A DNA stretch of 64,000 nt from assembly GCF_024521635.1 (NCBI RefSeq), contig NW_026250410.1, positions 806,001-870,000 on the forward strand, in the 5' to 3' direction. The notes under the pieces were generated by a model, which worked only from the letters and a program-made list of their open reading frames with translations, did no database searches and was not told the DNA's origin. The stretch's first letter is position 1. Each line of letters starts with the position of its first letter. This DNA comes from Tricharina praecox (lineage: Eukaryota). Below are positions 49,213 through 61,747 of the stretch, piece by piece. A program made the translations under genes and the position numbers.

Positions 49213-49694
49213 TTTCTCTTGGGAGGGCTCCGGTGCGGTAAAAGTTTGGCGTGTACTTTGTATCTACCTAGATGTTCGTAAATTGTGTGAATGCTGCTTA
49301 GAGAAACGGTGGACTTGTACGCTTGTAGGTGGTTGTACAATACACACCGCACTTCGCCCAGTGTTTTTGAGATATCACTCGTTTCTCATAATGCCACCGC
49401 GATTCGCGTCATTAGCTTTAGCACGTTCCTCCATCCAGAATTTATGCTTTTCTCGGATACCAAACCTAGTCTCCTGCCGGAATTCTAATCGTTGTTCGTG
49501 CACGTTACTTACACTCAAGCTCTCTCTCAAGCGAGCGCATGTGTTACTAATGCCGCAGGTGTGGTACAACTTTAACCAACACAACCTTGTACCTGCCGTC
49601 CGCCGGCCGTTCATTGTTCGTTCGTCCGCGCGCGTCTTCCCCACCACCACGACCACAACACCCGCTACACTCACCACATCCACCAGCTACCACA

Positions 49695-52600
49695 ATGCCG
49701 CCGCGCGCCCCACGAGGCCGCCGCCCTCCCGCGCGAGCCTCACGCGAGCCCTCCGCCCCTCCTACCACCACCCCCGACACCCCCGCCGCCCCAGCTGCCG
49801 AGGCATACACGCCCCTGCAGCGCACGATCGCGACGATCTTCTCGCAGGCACAACGTACAACAGCCGGCCACCGGAAGCTGGTGGTGAACCTCCGCAGTTG
49901 CCTTGACCAGTGTCTCACCGGCACGGGCACGGTCGGCAGCACGATCGGCTGTCGCGATCGCGCGGGAGAGAAGATGTTTGCGCGCGACTTTTGTAGGTTT
50001 TTGAATAGAGTCTTGGTGGTTAAGAAGAGTGAGGTGGTTGGGGATAGGTGTTTGAGGCTGGCGGATCTGTTTGTGGCGAATTTGATGGGGGGCGGGGAGA
50101 AGAAGAAAGGGGAGGGGAAGGGAGGGAAGGAAGGGAAGGGGGTGGGGGGGAAGGGGAAGGTGAAAGCGCTGAAAGATGTGGATGGCGATGGTGATGTGGA
50201 GATGGACGCCCCCGAGGAGGTGGTGGAGCAGGAGGAGGAGATGGAGGAGGAGCCAAAACCGTTCGAAGAGACGTCGGCGACGCGGGTGGTGCTCCGCGTA
50301 CTGAACCATATCGTCACATTTCTTGGGTCGAAAGAGCGCGGAGTGCGGTACCGTACGGCCCAGTTCCTCGCGCTGGTGCTTTCGAACTCGCTCGCGAACT
50401 TTCCCACCGACTACAACAAGGTATCGCGCAGGATCTTTAAGCAAGTCCATGCGGGACTTACCCAGCGTCTTCACGACAAGGAGGCCATTGTGAGAGTACA
50501 GGCTGTGATTGGGTTGACGCGGCTGCTCGAGATGGGCGTCACCTCTGAGAGTGATAATGAATATGATGAGGATGAGGATGAGGAGCAGTCGGGCACTGTC
50601 GAGCTTCTCATCGAGATTATGCAGAACGATCCCAGCGCGTATGTGTGCCACGGTCCAGTCTTGTTTTACGGTTTCTGACATGCGAATACAGAGATGTCCG
50701 TCGAACTATCCTCTACAACCTCTCGCCGACGCCTAGCTCGATGCCTTACCTCCTCGAACGGTCCCGCGACGTTGATCCGGCAACGCGGCGCGCGGTGTTC
50801 AACCGTCTCCTCCCGTCGCTGGGCGACTTCCGCCACCTCTCGATCGGCATGCGTGAGAAACTGCTGCGATGGGGTCTGAACGACCGCGACGAATCGGTGC
50901 GGAAGGTGGCAAAGCACATGTTCAACTTCCGCTGGGTTGACGATGCTGGCGGCGATCTCCTGGAGGTCCTCGAGCGGCTCGACGTGGCCAACGAGAGCAT
51001 CGAGGGCGGTCCAAAGTACATGGCGCTCCGCGGCTTCTGGGAGAACCGGAAAGATGTCCTGGCAGACCTTACGTTCGACGATAGCTTCTGGGATAACCTT
51101 ACGGTCGAGGGAAGTTTTCTGGCTCGCAGCTTCAACGATTACTGCCGCACTACGTCGCCGCAGGAGGCTAAAAGTCTCGATGTGGATTCACGCATGCCCG
51201 AAGTCACGAAGTTGGCGACGTACATGCAGAAGTACATCAACAAACTGGTCATGGCGCTCAAGAACGAGGACAATGAGGCGTCGGATCTAGAGTTCATCGT
51301 TCAGCAGCTGCTGCTCATCGCCATGACTATGGACTACGGAGACGAAATTGGCCGCAGACGGATGTTTGCGCTTCTCCGGGAATGTCTAGGGATCATTGAG
51401 CTGTCGGAGCCGGTGACGAAGTTGATCGTCAAGGGAATCCGGAAGCTGTCGACCGGAGAGAGCGACTTCTGCTTGCTCATCCTCGAAGTCATCGCCTCGG
51501 TGCACGATATCATCGCCGAGGATGAGGACGACGAGGACGGAGCGCAGAGCTTCCACTCGGCGCACAGCGACCCCGACGGCGCAGTCGCAATCGAGGACTC
51601 TATGACTTCTCGCCCTGGCGCATCTCGTCCGGCACCCGCACCCGCAGCACCCGCACAAAAGTCAAAGAAGCGGAAGCTCGAGCGGTCCGAGGACGACGAC
51701 AATGTGGATGAGGTGGAGATGATGGATGTAGATGAGGACGCAGGAGAAGACGACGAGGCGGAGCTGGCCAAAACGATGAAGGAGCTCACCGTCAACTTGA
51801 AGTGTCTACACATCGCGCAGTGCATGCTGGAGAATGTCATCGGCGGCCTGAAGAGTAATACTCATCTCGTCACTATGCTTAACGGACTGGTCGTTCCGGC
51901 TGTGCGCTCGCATGAGGCGCCGGTCAGAGAGGGCGGTCTCAGGTGCTTGGGACTCAGCTGTCTTCTTGATAAGGTGTTTACATTTCCTTAGCTTCTCAAA
52001 GAGCTGGACTAATTCCTGTGGATAGACATTGGCAGAAGAGAACCTGACGCTCTTCGCACATTGCTTCAACAAAGGGCACGAAAAGCTGCAGATCGAAGCT
52101 CTTCACATCATCTCGGACATTCTCCTCACGCACGGGGCTGCACTCCTCACCAGCGAGAATTGTAGTGTGGAGCAACGGCAGTTATATAAGATGTTAGCTA
52201 AAGCCACGAAGATGGACGAGTACGAGGAAGTACAGGCCACCGCTGTCGAAGTCATCTGCAAACTGATGCTTGCGCAAGTCATCCGAGAAGAAGAAGTACG
52301 CTCCCCTCTCCCCGTGGTCCGACAGCTACTGACAGTGATCACAGCTCCTCAAAGTCCTGGTAACCTCGTACTTCGACCCGGCCACAGTCGGCAACCAGTC
52401 CCTCCGGCAAACGCTCTCCTACTTCCTGCCGGTATTCTGCCACTCGGCGAGCAGCAACGCGCTGATGATGGCGCGGATAACCGTAGCGGAGTTCCACCAC
52501 CTGCTCACGCTGCGCGCGACGCTCGACGACGGCGAAGACCAGGACATGGTGTCGCCGACGCTGATCGGCGCGCACTTCATCGACTGGACGGACCCGCGCA

Positions 52601-53142
52601 AGGCGTCGCCCGCCGTCAAGGAGCGCGAGTACACGCAGCACGCCATCGTCGCCTGCGACGCTCTGGAGCGCATCTGCTCGCAGGCCTGTCCGAAGGAGGA
52701 GCGCAAACTCCTCGTCCTCGCCCTCATCGCCAAGTGTCACATCCCTAAAGAGGCCGGGAAGGAGCTCCTGAAGGACGTCTATGAACGCGTCACGGAGGCT
52801 ATCGATGGGAAGGTGGTCGCTGAGGCTGCGGCTAGGAACGCGCTCGCGAAGGTGGAGTCTTCCGTGGGTAAGTTGCTGGCGGAGCTGCTGGAGGAAGAGG
52901 GCGGAGACCCGGATCAGACGGTCATTCATGGGCGTGGCGATGATGGGCACGAGGAGGAGGAGGAGGACGAGGAGCAGGAGGTGGATATGACGATCGTTCC
53001 CGAGCCCGTTAGGGGCGGCGAGGAGGATGAAGAGTTACCTATCGCCGACGAGGGCGTGCGGACGGCGGACGAGGACGAAGAGGAGCAGGAGGAGAGGGAG
53101 GCTACACCGGCCGTTACGGAGGATGAGGGCGACGACGAGTGA
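49695..53142 (+). CDS. YCG1: Condensin I non-SMC subunit G (Ycg1/Cnd3/CAP-G)
   Basis: IFSQAQRTTAGHRKL, KKSEVVGDR, VRYR, RLHDKEAIVRVQAV, LLERSRDVD, DYGDEIGRR and LRQTLSYFLPVFC; acidic tail; three introns. Confidence 0.92.
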
Positions 53143-54357
53143 TGCGTGCGTACGATATCCGTGAGAATGAATGGAGTGGTGATCTGATCTGTCTGTCTGT
53201 CTGGTTTACGATGATGGTTGTGGTTGTGGTTGGGGGCTTTCTTCTTGGGCAATGTTTGATTTTCGAATACGAATTGAGTTGGTCGGAATGAGATCACCCC
53301 TTTGATGTTTGGATGAAGTGATTTCTAACTTCCGAGAGTGATGTGACATATCGGATAACCTGGTACATGAGTACCTATCAGCCACCTGGAGATGGTGGGC
53401 AATGAATGAGATAGGAATTGTTTCTGTAGATTCAATTGACTTTCCAAGTGACGTTCCAAGTGATGTCGATTCAAGAGTGATCGCAGTAGTTCTCTAGCTG
53501 TGGTTAGCACATACATACGCCGATGGTGGCTGCCACACGCCGTGACGCCAATAGGGGAACTATATGGCATCTATGATGCATTACGTAGGTATTTAGTTTC
53601 CAGCATGTTGGAGAACATTCAACACATCGATGTCGAGATAGGTACCTAACTGGTATGTACGAAAATACAGATTTGACCCAACAGTGAACAGATCCGTCTC
53701 GGAGGCCCCTTCTATGTGCAAGTTCGATAGATACCGTCGTCGCCGATGTACCGTACTCGGCCAACACACGGAGTCACCGTAATCGAGAGTTTCCTCACTA
53801 CTAGGAAGCGTAGAATGTAGAAGTCTGATGCAATGGATCACTCGGGTGTGAGGGTATGGGGTGGTCTCCGTAGGTGCATAGTGTCTCGGACGCCTAGGTA
53901 TGGATTTTCAAAGAGCGGGCAGCTTGACTTTTTGTGAACGGGCATCACGCATGATTTATGCGTGTCATGTGGAATTGAAGAGCAAAAGTCGCAATCATGT
54001 TGCAGCGTGGGCCTCACCCACACGTTTGGATCGCTAGTAACAAAACAAGTCATTGATAAAATAAAACACATGGGCACGCATAGCCAGCGACGAATCCATA
54101 GAAGCATTGAAATTTGAAACATCAAAGAGTGAAGGAGCACTGTAAGAAATAGAAAAAGACAGGCCTTCTCCGTTGCTAGCATTTCAGAGCTCGAGAAGAT
54201 GGTTGGCAGTGGCGCCTAGGAGTGTGAACTGTCAAGCGGTAGGTGTGGAAGTTTGAGGCAGAATAGCGAACTTCTGTACGCTTTCGGATCACAGCCACAA
54301 GATTCGTTAGCTCAGGACGGGAAGACGAAGGATGCAGCGAGCGACCGACACACCTGT

Positions 54358-55736
54358 TTACAACCAATCCGTCACAGTCGAGGGTGTATGTGCTCCGTCG
54401 GTGAAGGAGCTCGCGGAACTCTGAAAAGCCTCGATCTTGGGCCACAGCACTTTTTGGATGGTATCAACAGCAGAAGCACACTGCGCTCGCTCGGGCTCCG
54501 AGATGTCAAATCGGAGAGAACGTGTTTCGAAATAACGTTGCCACGATATCAACTCGGTTTCGAGTTGCGTCTGGCGAACCCGCGCAACCGACGCCCGTGT
54601 GTTGGCACTGCTTAATGCCTCCGTGAGGCGATCATTCCTCGTTTGCAGCTGAGACACTGCTCTGGCCCAAGATTCGCACTCCAGTTCCCGCTCCTGTTCG
54701 GCCCCATTATCGCGCTCTCGCAGTGCAGCTTTCAATTCGCTGAGCTCGGCCTCGACGGCTTGGTGCTGGGTATGCTGTTCTGTCGCATCCCGTTTCAGCG
54801 ACTCGACCTCGGCCATGAGCGTGCTGCGTTCGGCACTGCATTCTGAATTTTCAGCCCTCAGCTTCTTGATCACCTCAATCCCTCTTAGGAGCTTTGCAGC
54901 GTAAGGCCCTATGGCTGCAGAGACCAGCAACTCTTCGGGGGTGGTAAGCTGTTGCTGCTCGGAAGTCGATCCGTTGTCTGGGGGATGCTGCAGCGGGCCC
55001 GTAATGTTCTCCGATTCCGTAGCCGCTGCAAGTGTCACCGCCTCATCCTCGCCATAAGTCCCTTCGTCCGAATTCGCCGGTGGGGAACTCTGGTCGGAGT
55101 GAGCGGTATTATCGTCGGATGTCGTCTCGGTTGGTTGATAATTTGCATACTCGTCTTCCTTCCTCTGAATAAGTTCCTTCGCCTCTTCTTGGATCTGCTT
55201 TCTGTGCTCTGATTTCTTCTTCAGCATCTTTGCTACTGCGCGCTTCCTTAGCTGCGCATACACTTCGTCCTCCACCTCGTCGTCTTCGATCACCTCCGTG
55301 TACCGCGGGTATTCGCCCTCGAACTCCTCATCGAGCCCCATGAGCCTGTCGTATTCGCTGGTGACCTCCTGATCGATCCCGATTGCAATACAGAGATCCT
55401 GGCGGGACTTATCTTCGAGCAGGGCTTCGGTCTGGTGCATCAACGCTAGGAGATGTTCGATCGCATACTTCGACGATATCGTGACCGAGACCAGAAAATC
55501 TTCCCAATACATGGATGCCGGATTCGCTGCATCCATGACGAATGCCATCGCCTCTGAACTGTCCGTCTCGCGTCGAATCGCAATAACGACCTCCTTGTCT
55601 GGATAGAGGATCTTGCAGTTTGCTGTCGGGCTTGAGTCAGACCTGGTTTCGCGAGAGTCGGGCGGTTACACTCACCCAGGATCTGCTGTCGGGTTCCCGA
55701 GATATCGGGTATCGAACTATTGGCCGGATAACACAT
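54358..55736 (-). CDS. Unknown coiled-coil protein, tandem paralog copy 1
   Basis: ATG at 55736 (MCYPANSS..QQIL), intron GTGAGT..CAG at about 55675-55624, then ANCKILYPDK in frame with the 396-aa ORF; shares long motif blocks with copies 2-4. Confidence 0.72.
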
Positions 55737-55788
55737 CGATAAGCGGCTTTGGAGGGGGTTATACGATAAGTGAGAGGGTTTGTGTGTT

Positions 55789-55822
<34 letters not shown>

Positions 55823-56155
55823 GGTTGATCGTGGGAGTTGGAAATGGGGTAACGCAGCCTCATGCAGTGTTACGATAGGATGTGACGCCTCCTCCCGCAA
55901 CTTGTGCATAGATGGGCGAACAATTCGAGTGCATAAACTGATCATCTTCTCCGCCTGGGTTGGTATGCAGACATATGACTGGACGGACATCGGCCGAACT
56001 CAGGAGCGGGCCGAGAGCTGGGCCGAGAGCTGGAGAGAGTGCGGGAGCTCCAGCGATTCGGGCGCCACCCCGCCGCGTGGTGATTGCTCTTCTCTGTTTC
56101 TTTGTGGAGTTTGGGTCGAGCCTCTTGACGATGATGGAGTTTCGGTTGTGAAGTA

Positions 56156-57194
56156 CTAGGGCGAAAAGGATTGGACAGTGCCCATTTTACACCAAAAATG
56201 GCCATTTTCAACCACCGATATAACCACAACGTATCGAAAAAGATCAGAGACCATCGGGAGACCTCTATAACTACACCGAAAACGATATGGAAACTCCTCA
56301 AGGAGTTCTGGATTGTTGTTGTGGAGCAATACCATATACGGGGGGAAAAGTTAATGGTTGCGAAGTAGCTTTTTGTATCGGAGCCCCATACAAAATGAAA
56401 TGTCACTTTTCAACTCCTGCACAATACAACGTCGTACAGCCCCAATACGTGATGAAAGTCGTCAAAGTTTTTATTGATGAAGAATCTTGTGATTCTAACG
56501 CTTATGTGAAAGAGACGATTTTTTTCGACCAGGTGGAGGAGCAGGGTTGTCAACCGTCCGTCCCGTCCGTCTTTCAGGTTGCCCGGCCCGGGACGGAATT
56601 AGTCGGGATGAGAAGATCAAGGACTACAGTCTTCCGGGCTGGAGAAATGAGGACGGATACCCTACAGGGCCCGGAAAGGACTCGGACACTAAGTAATTCC
56701 TTGGCAGCGGCCGGAGAAAAAAATATTTTACCCGTATCCCGCAAGCCCGGCCGAATCCCGTTCTCCTCCCACTGACAAGTTAACCCAGTACCGACAAACC
56801 CATTTTCCTCCCACCGGCAAACCCAGCCAAATCCCGTTCTCTTCCCGCCAACAAGTAAACCCACCACCGAGAAAAATTCTGCTCGGCGAAAACATCTGCT
56901 CGGTTGCCGGTGGCCGCCGGGCCATTGCTCTGTAGGCTAGTAGTCAGCATAGTACGCTAATGTTATCAGGTGCCTATAGGTACCTGGCGGGTATCCGGGC
57001 ATTTCATCCTCCGGACGGAATGGATCAGTCCTCTGGAAAGCCTGCCCGGGACGGGACGGGACTACAGTCCACTAGTGGACTGTAGTCCGGGCGGACGGTT
57101 GACTGCCCTGAGGTGGAGGGTAAGTATGTTTGGGTTGCATGAAAATGGGCATTTTTGGTGTAAAACGGGCTTTGTCCAATCCTTTTTGTCATGG
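56156..57194. mobile_element. Non-autonomous TA-flanked DNA transposon (Tc1/mariner-like) with about 55-bp imperfect TIRs
   Basis: Left end ctagggcgaaaaggattggacagtgcccattttacaccaaaaatggccattttca; reverse complement of right end ccatgacaaaaaggattggacaaagcccgttttacaccaaaaatgcccattttca. TA at 56154-55 and 57195-96. Confidence 0.82.
56542..57110. mobile_element. hAT-like MITE nested inside the TA-flanked element
   Basis: 19-bp TIRs CAGGGTTGTCAACCGTCCG and CGGACGGTTGACTGCCCTG (2 mismatches). AGGTGGAG occurs at 56531-38 and 57111-18. GTCC/GGAC subterminal motifs. Confidence 0.82.
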
Positions 57195-57717
57195 TACTTT
57201 ACCTATGGCAGGCACTACTAGGCACGTCGGATCGGCCCATTACTGCTTTGTAGGAACATGGCTCTCGGTCTATGGGCGCGCATGGATTCCAGCGGCGAGC
57301 GTGGTATTCTTCACAATGTGTGGGTAATTTACTTCTTGGTGTTCGTCACAGCTCGTGAGGTGTGCACAATCAATTTCCACGCGTGTGATGCATGATTCTC
57401 GAGTAAATACGATGCATAAAAAGGTTGCCTAAAGTATGTAGACCTGATTGCTAAAAATAATCAAAACGTAGATACAGCACCCAAACAGACCGACCAACGA
57501 CCGTCGACGAACCTAGAGAAGATCCAATAATGAAAAGCATAAACCAAGACATGCGAAGAAAGGACGCATTGTAGGAAACTTTCGAATAAATAAGACGAGC
57601 TGTTGTGATAGGTATATCCAAGTATACCCAGAAACGAATACCTAGAAACTAGAAGACTGTGGAGGATAGGAATGAAGGTACATATGAATATAGCAAGAGA
57701 CACCGCGAGACGAAGAG

Positions 57718-59278
57718 TCAAATCAGAACTTCCATGTGCGTCTGGAGCATAGCAACAGAATCTGTTAGCTCAGATGTTCTTGGGCGGAAGAGGAAGGAAA
57801 AACCGAGTGACAGACATACATATATTGTCGACAAATCTGTCGTCACAGTCGAGGGTGTGTGCGCCCCGTCAACCACAGAGCTCGTGGAACTTGGAACAGC
57901 CTCGGTTCCAGGCCACGGCGCTTTTTGAATGGCGTCAACGGCAGAAGCACCGTGTGCTCGTTCGGTACGGGAGATGTCGAATCTGAGAGAACGCATCTCG
58001 AAATAACGTTGCCATGATATCAACTCAGCTTCGAGTGTGGCCTGGCGAGCTAAAGCTTGAGCCTGTACGGCCGAGGCTCGTGTATTGGCATTATTCAATT
58101 CCTCTGCTAGGCGATCATTCCTCGTTTGTAGTTTAGACACTGCGCTTGCCCATTCCACTTCTCGCTCCCGTTCGGCATCCTTATAGCGCTCCTGTGGTAC
58201 AGCATCCAATCCCTCAAGCGCAGCTAGAACGGCTTGGTTCTGTGTACAATGTTCTGTCGCATCACGTTTCAGGGACTTGATTGAGTCGGCCATGAGCACA
58301 CTGCGCTCGGTGATGTACTCTGCGTTTGCAGCGCTCAACTTCTTGATCGACTCAATCCCTCCGAGGAGCTTTGCGGCGGAAGGCCCCACGGCCGCAGAGA
58401 CCAGCGCCTCTTCGGGGGTGGTAAGCTGTTGCTGCTCGGGAGTCGATCCGTTGCCTGGGGTATGCTGCAGCGGGCCCGTGATGTTCTCCGATTCCGTAGA
58501 CGCAACCACATCGTCACCGTCATCACTCATTTCGGACGAATCCGAAAACACAAGCACATCGTCACCGTCATCACTCATTTCGGCCGATTCCACCGGCGGG
58601 ACACTGTGGTCGGGGTGAGCGGTGTGATCGTCGGAGGCCGTTTCGTTCGTGTGGGCATTGGTATCCTTGTCTTCCAGCATCCGCACAAGCGCCTTCGCCT
58701 TGTCTTGGATCTCCTTCTGGCGCTCCACCCTCTCCTTCACGATTCTTGCTTCTTCACGTTTCCATAAAAAATTCAGACTCCACCTCTTTGTCATCGATAC
58801 CATCCGTGAGCGCCCAGCAGTTGTCATTTGTCGCACCAGAGACCATCTTTTCAATCCGATTACCCTCCTGGTACTCAATATTAAGCTGATATTCGGTCTT
58901 TCCCAACAGGTTTGCAAGACAGCTGTAGGTTGCGCTGCACCTCAAACCCTTATCCAGCACCGGATCGCTGGAGAAGATTACAGACGATACCCAAGACGGA
59001 GCCGTTAATCCTTTCTCGACGAGATGTGCCATGCAATAGTTCCAACAAGTACCCCTACGTGTATCGCGATCCCTACTGTGCCCAGATTTAACAATGAGCA
59101 TAGGCCTGTCCGGGTAGAGTATTTCGTAGTTTGCTATTGGGCTGGAGTTAGGTGCCTATGTCTGCGGGAGCTGGGGGCGGATGATGTAGTAGTATGTGCA
59201 CGCACCCATGAGTTACTTTCGGAGTTCTTTGTGTCCGTTCATTGAAATTTGCTCTTGGAGTTCCGCAATGTCGGCCAT
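57718..59278 (-). pseudogene. Tandem paralog copy 2, disrupted
   Basis: MADIAELQEQI.. from 59278 meets an in-frame TAA at 59215-59213. After the conserved intron it reads ANYEILYPDR. A frameshift near 58770 splits GIDDKEVESEF from LWKREEARIVKER (copy 3 reads DIDDEDVKAEVHAQLQKREEARVLKER). Confidence 0.78.
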
Positions 59279-60176
59279 CGTGATTTTGTAGGTTGAATGA
59301 TTTTCGGTGAGCGGTTGTGGAGAGGTTGTGGTGAGTTTGTGGTATGGAGGGTATGAGGTGTCGAGATGCAAGAGCTAGGTAGGATCGTCCCAAGTGTTGG
59401 AGACGCGGTGGCGGCTCATCTTCATGCTGTGTTACCAGCTTATCATAGTAGTTAAAGACACGAACTCGAAGTATAGAGGCCAGTGGGTGGATAATGGAAT
59501 ATATGAATAAATGATCTGTTTGCTGGAACCACCGTGAAAGGGCCGAGGGAAATAGAAGATGGAGCAAGTACATCTTAGTTGGTAGCGTGTACATTGTAAT
59601 CAGAGTAGGGAACTGGGCATTGGGACATTATATATCACTCGTTAGATTGCCTCCTACCTACCACCTTAACCGCGGCGTCAACAGCCACCATCTTTGAATG
59701 TGTCTCTTAGTATGTACCCGTCTTCAAACTCCTCCCGACCTAATCCATTCGATTAATGCGAGTGTATTCAATTTCTGCGGCACAGGCTCTCGGCGACCCG
59801 ACTGCCCGCCTCCCGACCTTTCATGTTTTTCCCGGGTGCACTTCGCAATCCCGTATCTATTCTTCTCCTCCATGGAACACATTTTGACCCCCTCTAGCGA
59901 TGGCTGAATAACTGGTGCTCGCCATTCCTACGGATGCCCCACGCGCGAGCGTGGGACGAACTCACGTTACCACTCGCATCCCTGATCCGTCCGGTCATAC
60001 CTACATAGAATCATGGACCATCGAATGAGACGCGCATAGTCTCACGATATAACTAAATCCACCTCACAGACTGAGAACAGGAAACGTGCTTCTTATGTTG
60101 CCATGATCCTCAATCATCAATAGAACACACTAATAACGACGCATAGTACTTAGAAGAGATAACCGACTGAAGCGTT

Positions 60177-60222
60177 CCGACAGGAACCGACAGTAACCGA
60201 CAGTAACCGACAGGAACCGACA
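60177..60222. repeat. 10-bp tandem repeat CCGACAGKAA, about 4.5 copies
   Basis: ccgacaggaa ccgacagtaa ccgacagtaa ccgacaggaa ccgaca. Confidence 0.9.
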
Positions 60223-60456
60223 AAGAAAGAAGCATTGGAGGATAACGGACAAAAACCAAGACAGGTCATCGTTACTTATGAAATGCTCCAAAACACTAAG
60301 ATCGTAGTTAATATGTAACATACGAGATGTAGAGAAATCCATTGGACCGACCCCTCTGCACGAGTCTAGAACATACCAACCAGATTCTTTAGCTCTGATG
60401 ACGATATGTGGGAAAGAAACGACGAACAAAAGAAAGAAATTACTTACACACGTCGT

Positions 60457-61747
60457 CTACCATGGCGAGACTGTGGTTTCAGTCGAAGGTGTGTGTGCAC
60501 CCTCAGTGTCCGAACTGGCGGAACTTGGAGCAGCCGTATCGAATTCGGGGGAAAGCACATCCTGAATGGAATCGGCAGCAGAAGCACATTGTGCTCGCTC
60601 AGATCCGGAGATGTCAATCCTGAGGGAACGTATCTCAAAATATCGTTGCCATGATTTTAACGCAGCTTCGAACTTGTCCTTCCAAGCTTGCGCGATTAAA
60701 GTCCGTGTGTTGGCTCTGGCTAATGCTTCGACGAGGCGATCATTCCTCGTTTGTAGCTGAGACACTGCTCTGGCCCAGGATTCGCATTCCAGTTCCCGTT
60801 CACGTTCGGTCTCATTCTCGTGCTCCCGTTGAGCCTCACCATCTTGCTCCCGTTGCGTGGCTTGCAATTCCAGGGATTCAATCTTGGTCCTCAGCATGCT
60901 GCGCTCGGCGTTGCATTCTGCGTTCTCCGCTCTCAGCTTCTCAATGACCTCTATCCCTCTCAGGAGCTTTGCGGCGTATGGCCCTACGGCCGCGGATACC
61001 ACCATCTCATCAGGTGTGGTAAGCTGTGGTTGCCCGGGAGCCGATCCGTCGCTTGGAGGATGCTGCATCGAACTCGCGAAGCTCTCTAATTCCATCTCCG
61101 ATGTTGGTGCCAACTCCTCGTGCTCACTGTCGACCCTTGTCTCAGCATCTGCCGGCATAGCACTCTCGGCACGGTCTTCGTCGGCTACCGTTCTGATTGT
61201 CTGCGCACCGTTATCCTCGCCTCCCAGCATCCGCACAAGCGCCTTCGCCTTGTCTTGTATCTCCTTCTTGCGATCTGCCCTCTCCTTCAACACCCTTGCT
61301 TCTTCACGTTTCTGTAGCTGCGCATGCACTTCGGCCTTCACATCTTCATCATCGATATCATACGTGAGCTCCTCGTAGTTGTCTACGATCGCCTCGTCGA
61401 TCATCTGTGAAATCTGTAGACTCTCCTGGTGCTCAGTAGCAAGCAGTTGTTCGGTCCTGTTCAACAGGCTTGCGAGAGTAACGGTTGTGCCTCCTTGGAG
61501 CGGGGGCACGGCCAGAGATTTCTCCTGAAATACGGATGCTGATCCTTCCTCGATGAGATATGCCGTCCATCCGTGGTGATGTCTGACCATTGTCCACGTA
61601 GTAGCAAGAATCAACTTCTTGTCTGGGTAGAGGATCTTGCAGTTTGCTGTCGTGCCCGAGTTAGGCGCCGTATTCTCGCGAGCTGGGCAGATGTTTGTAT
61701 GTGCACTCACCTAGGATTTGCTCTCGGTATCCTATGATATCGGCCAT
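60457..61747 (-). CDS. Unknown coiled-coil protein, tandem paralog copy 3
   Basis: ATG at 61747 (MADIIGYREQIL), intron GTGAGT..CTAAC..CAG at the same position as in copy 1, then ANCKILYPDKK; open to 60457. Confidence 0.75.

Noticed and set aside
1..53142. Metabolic or secondary-metabolite gene cluster
   Set aside because: The backbone genes are functionally unrelated housekeeping genes; no PKS, NRPS or terpene synthase is present.
56287..56775. 162-aa ORF inside the transposon as a transposase
   Set aside because: It crosses the junction between the two nested elements and has no DDE or HTH motifs.
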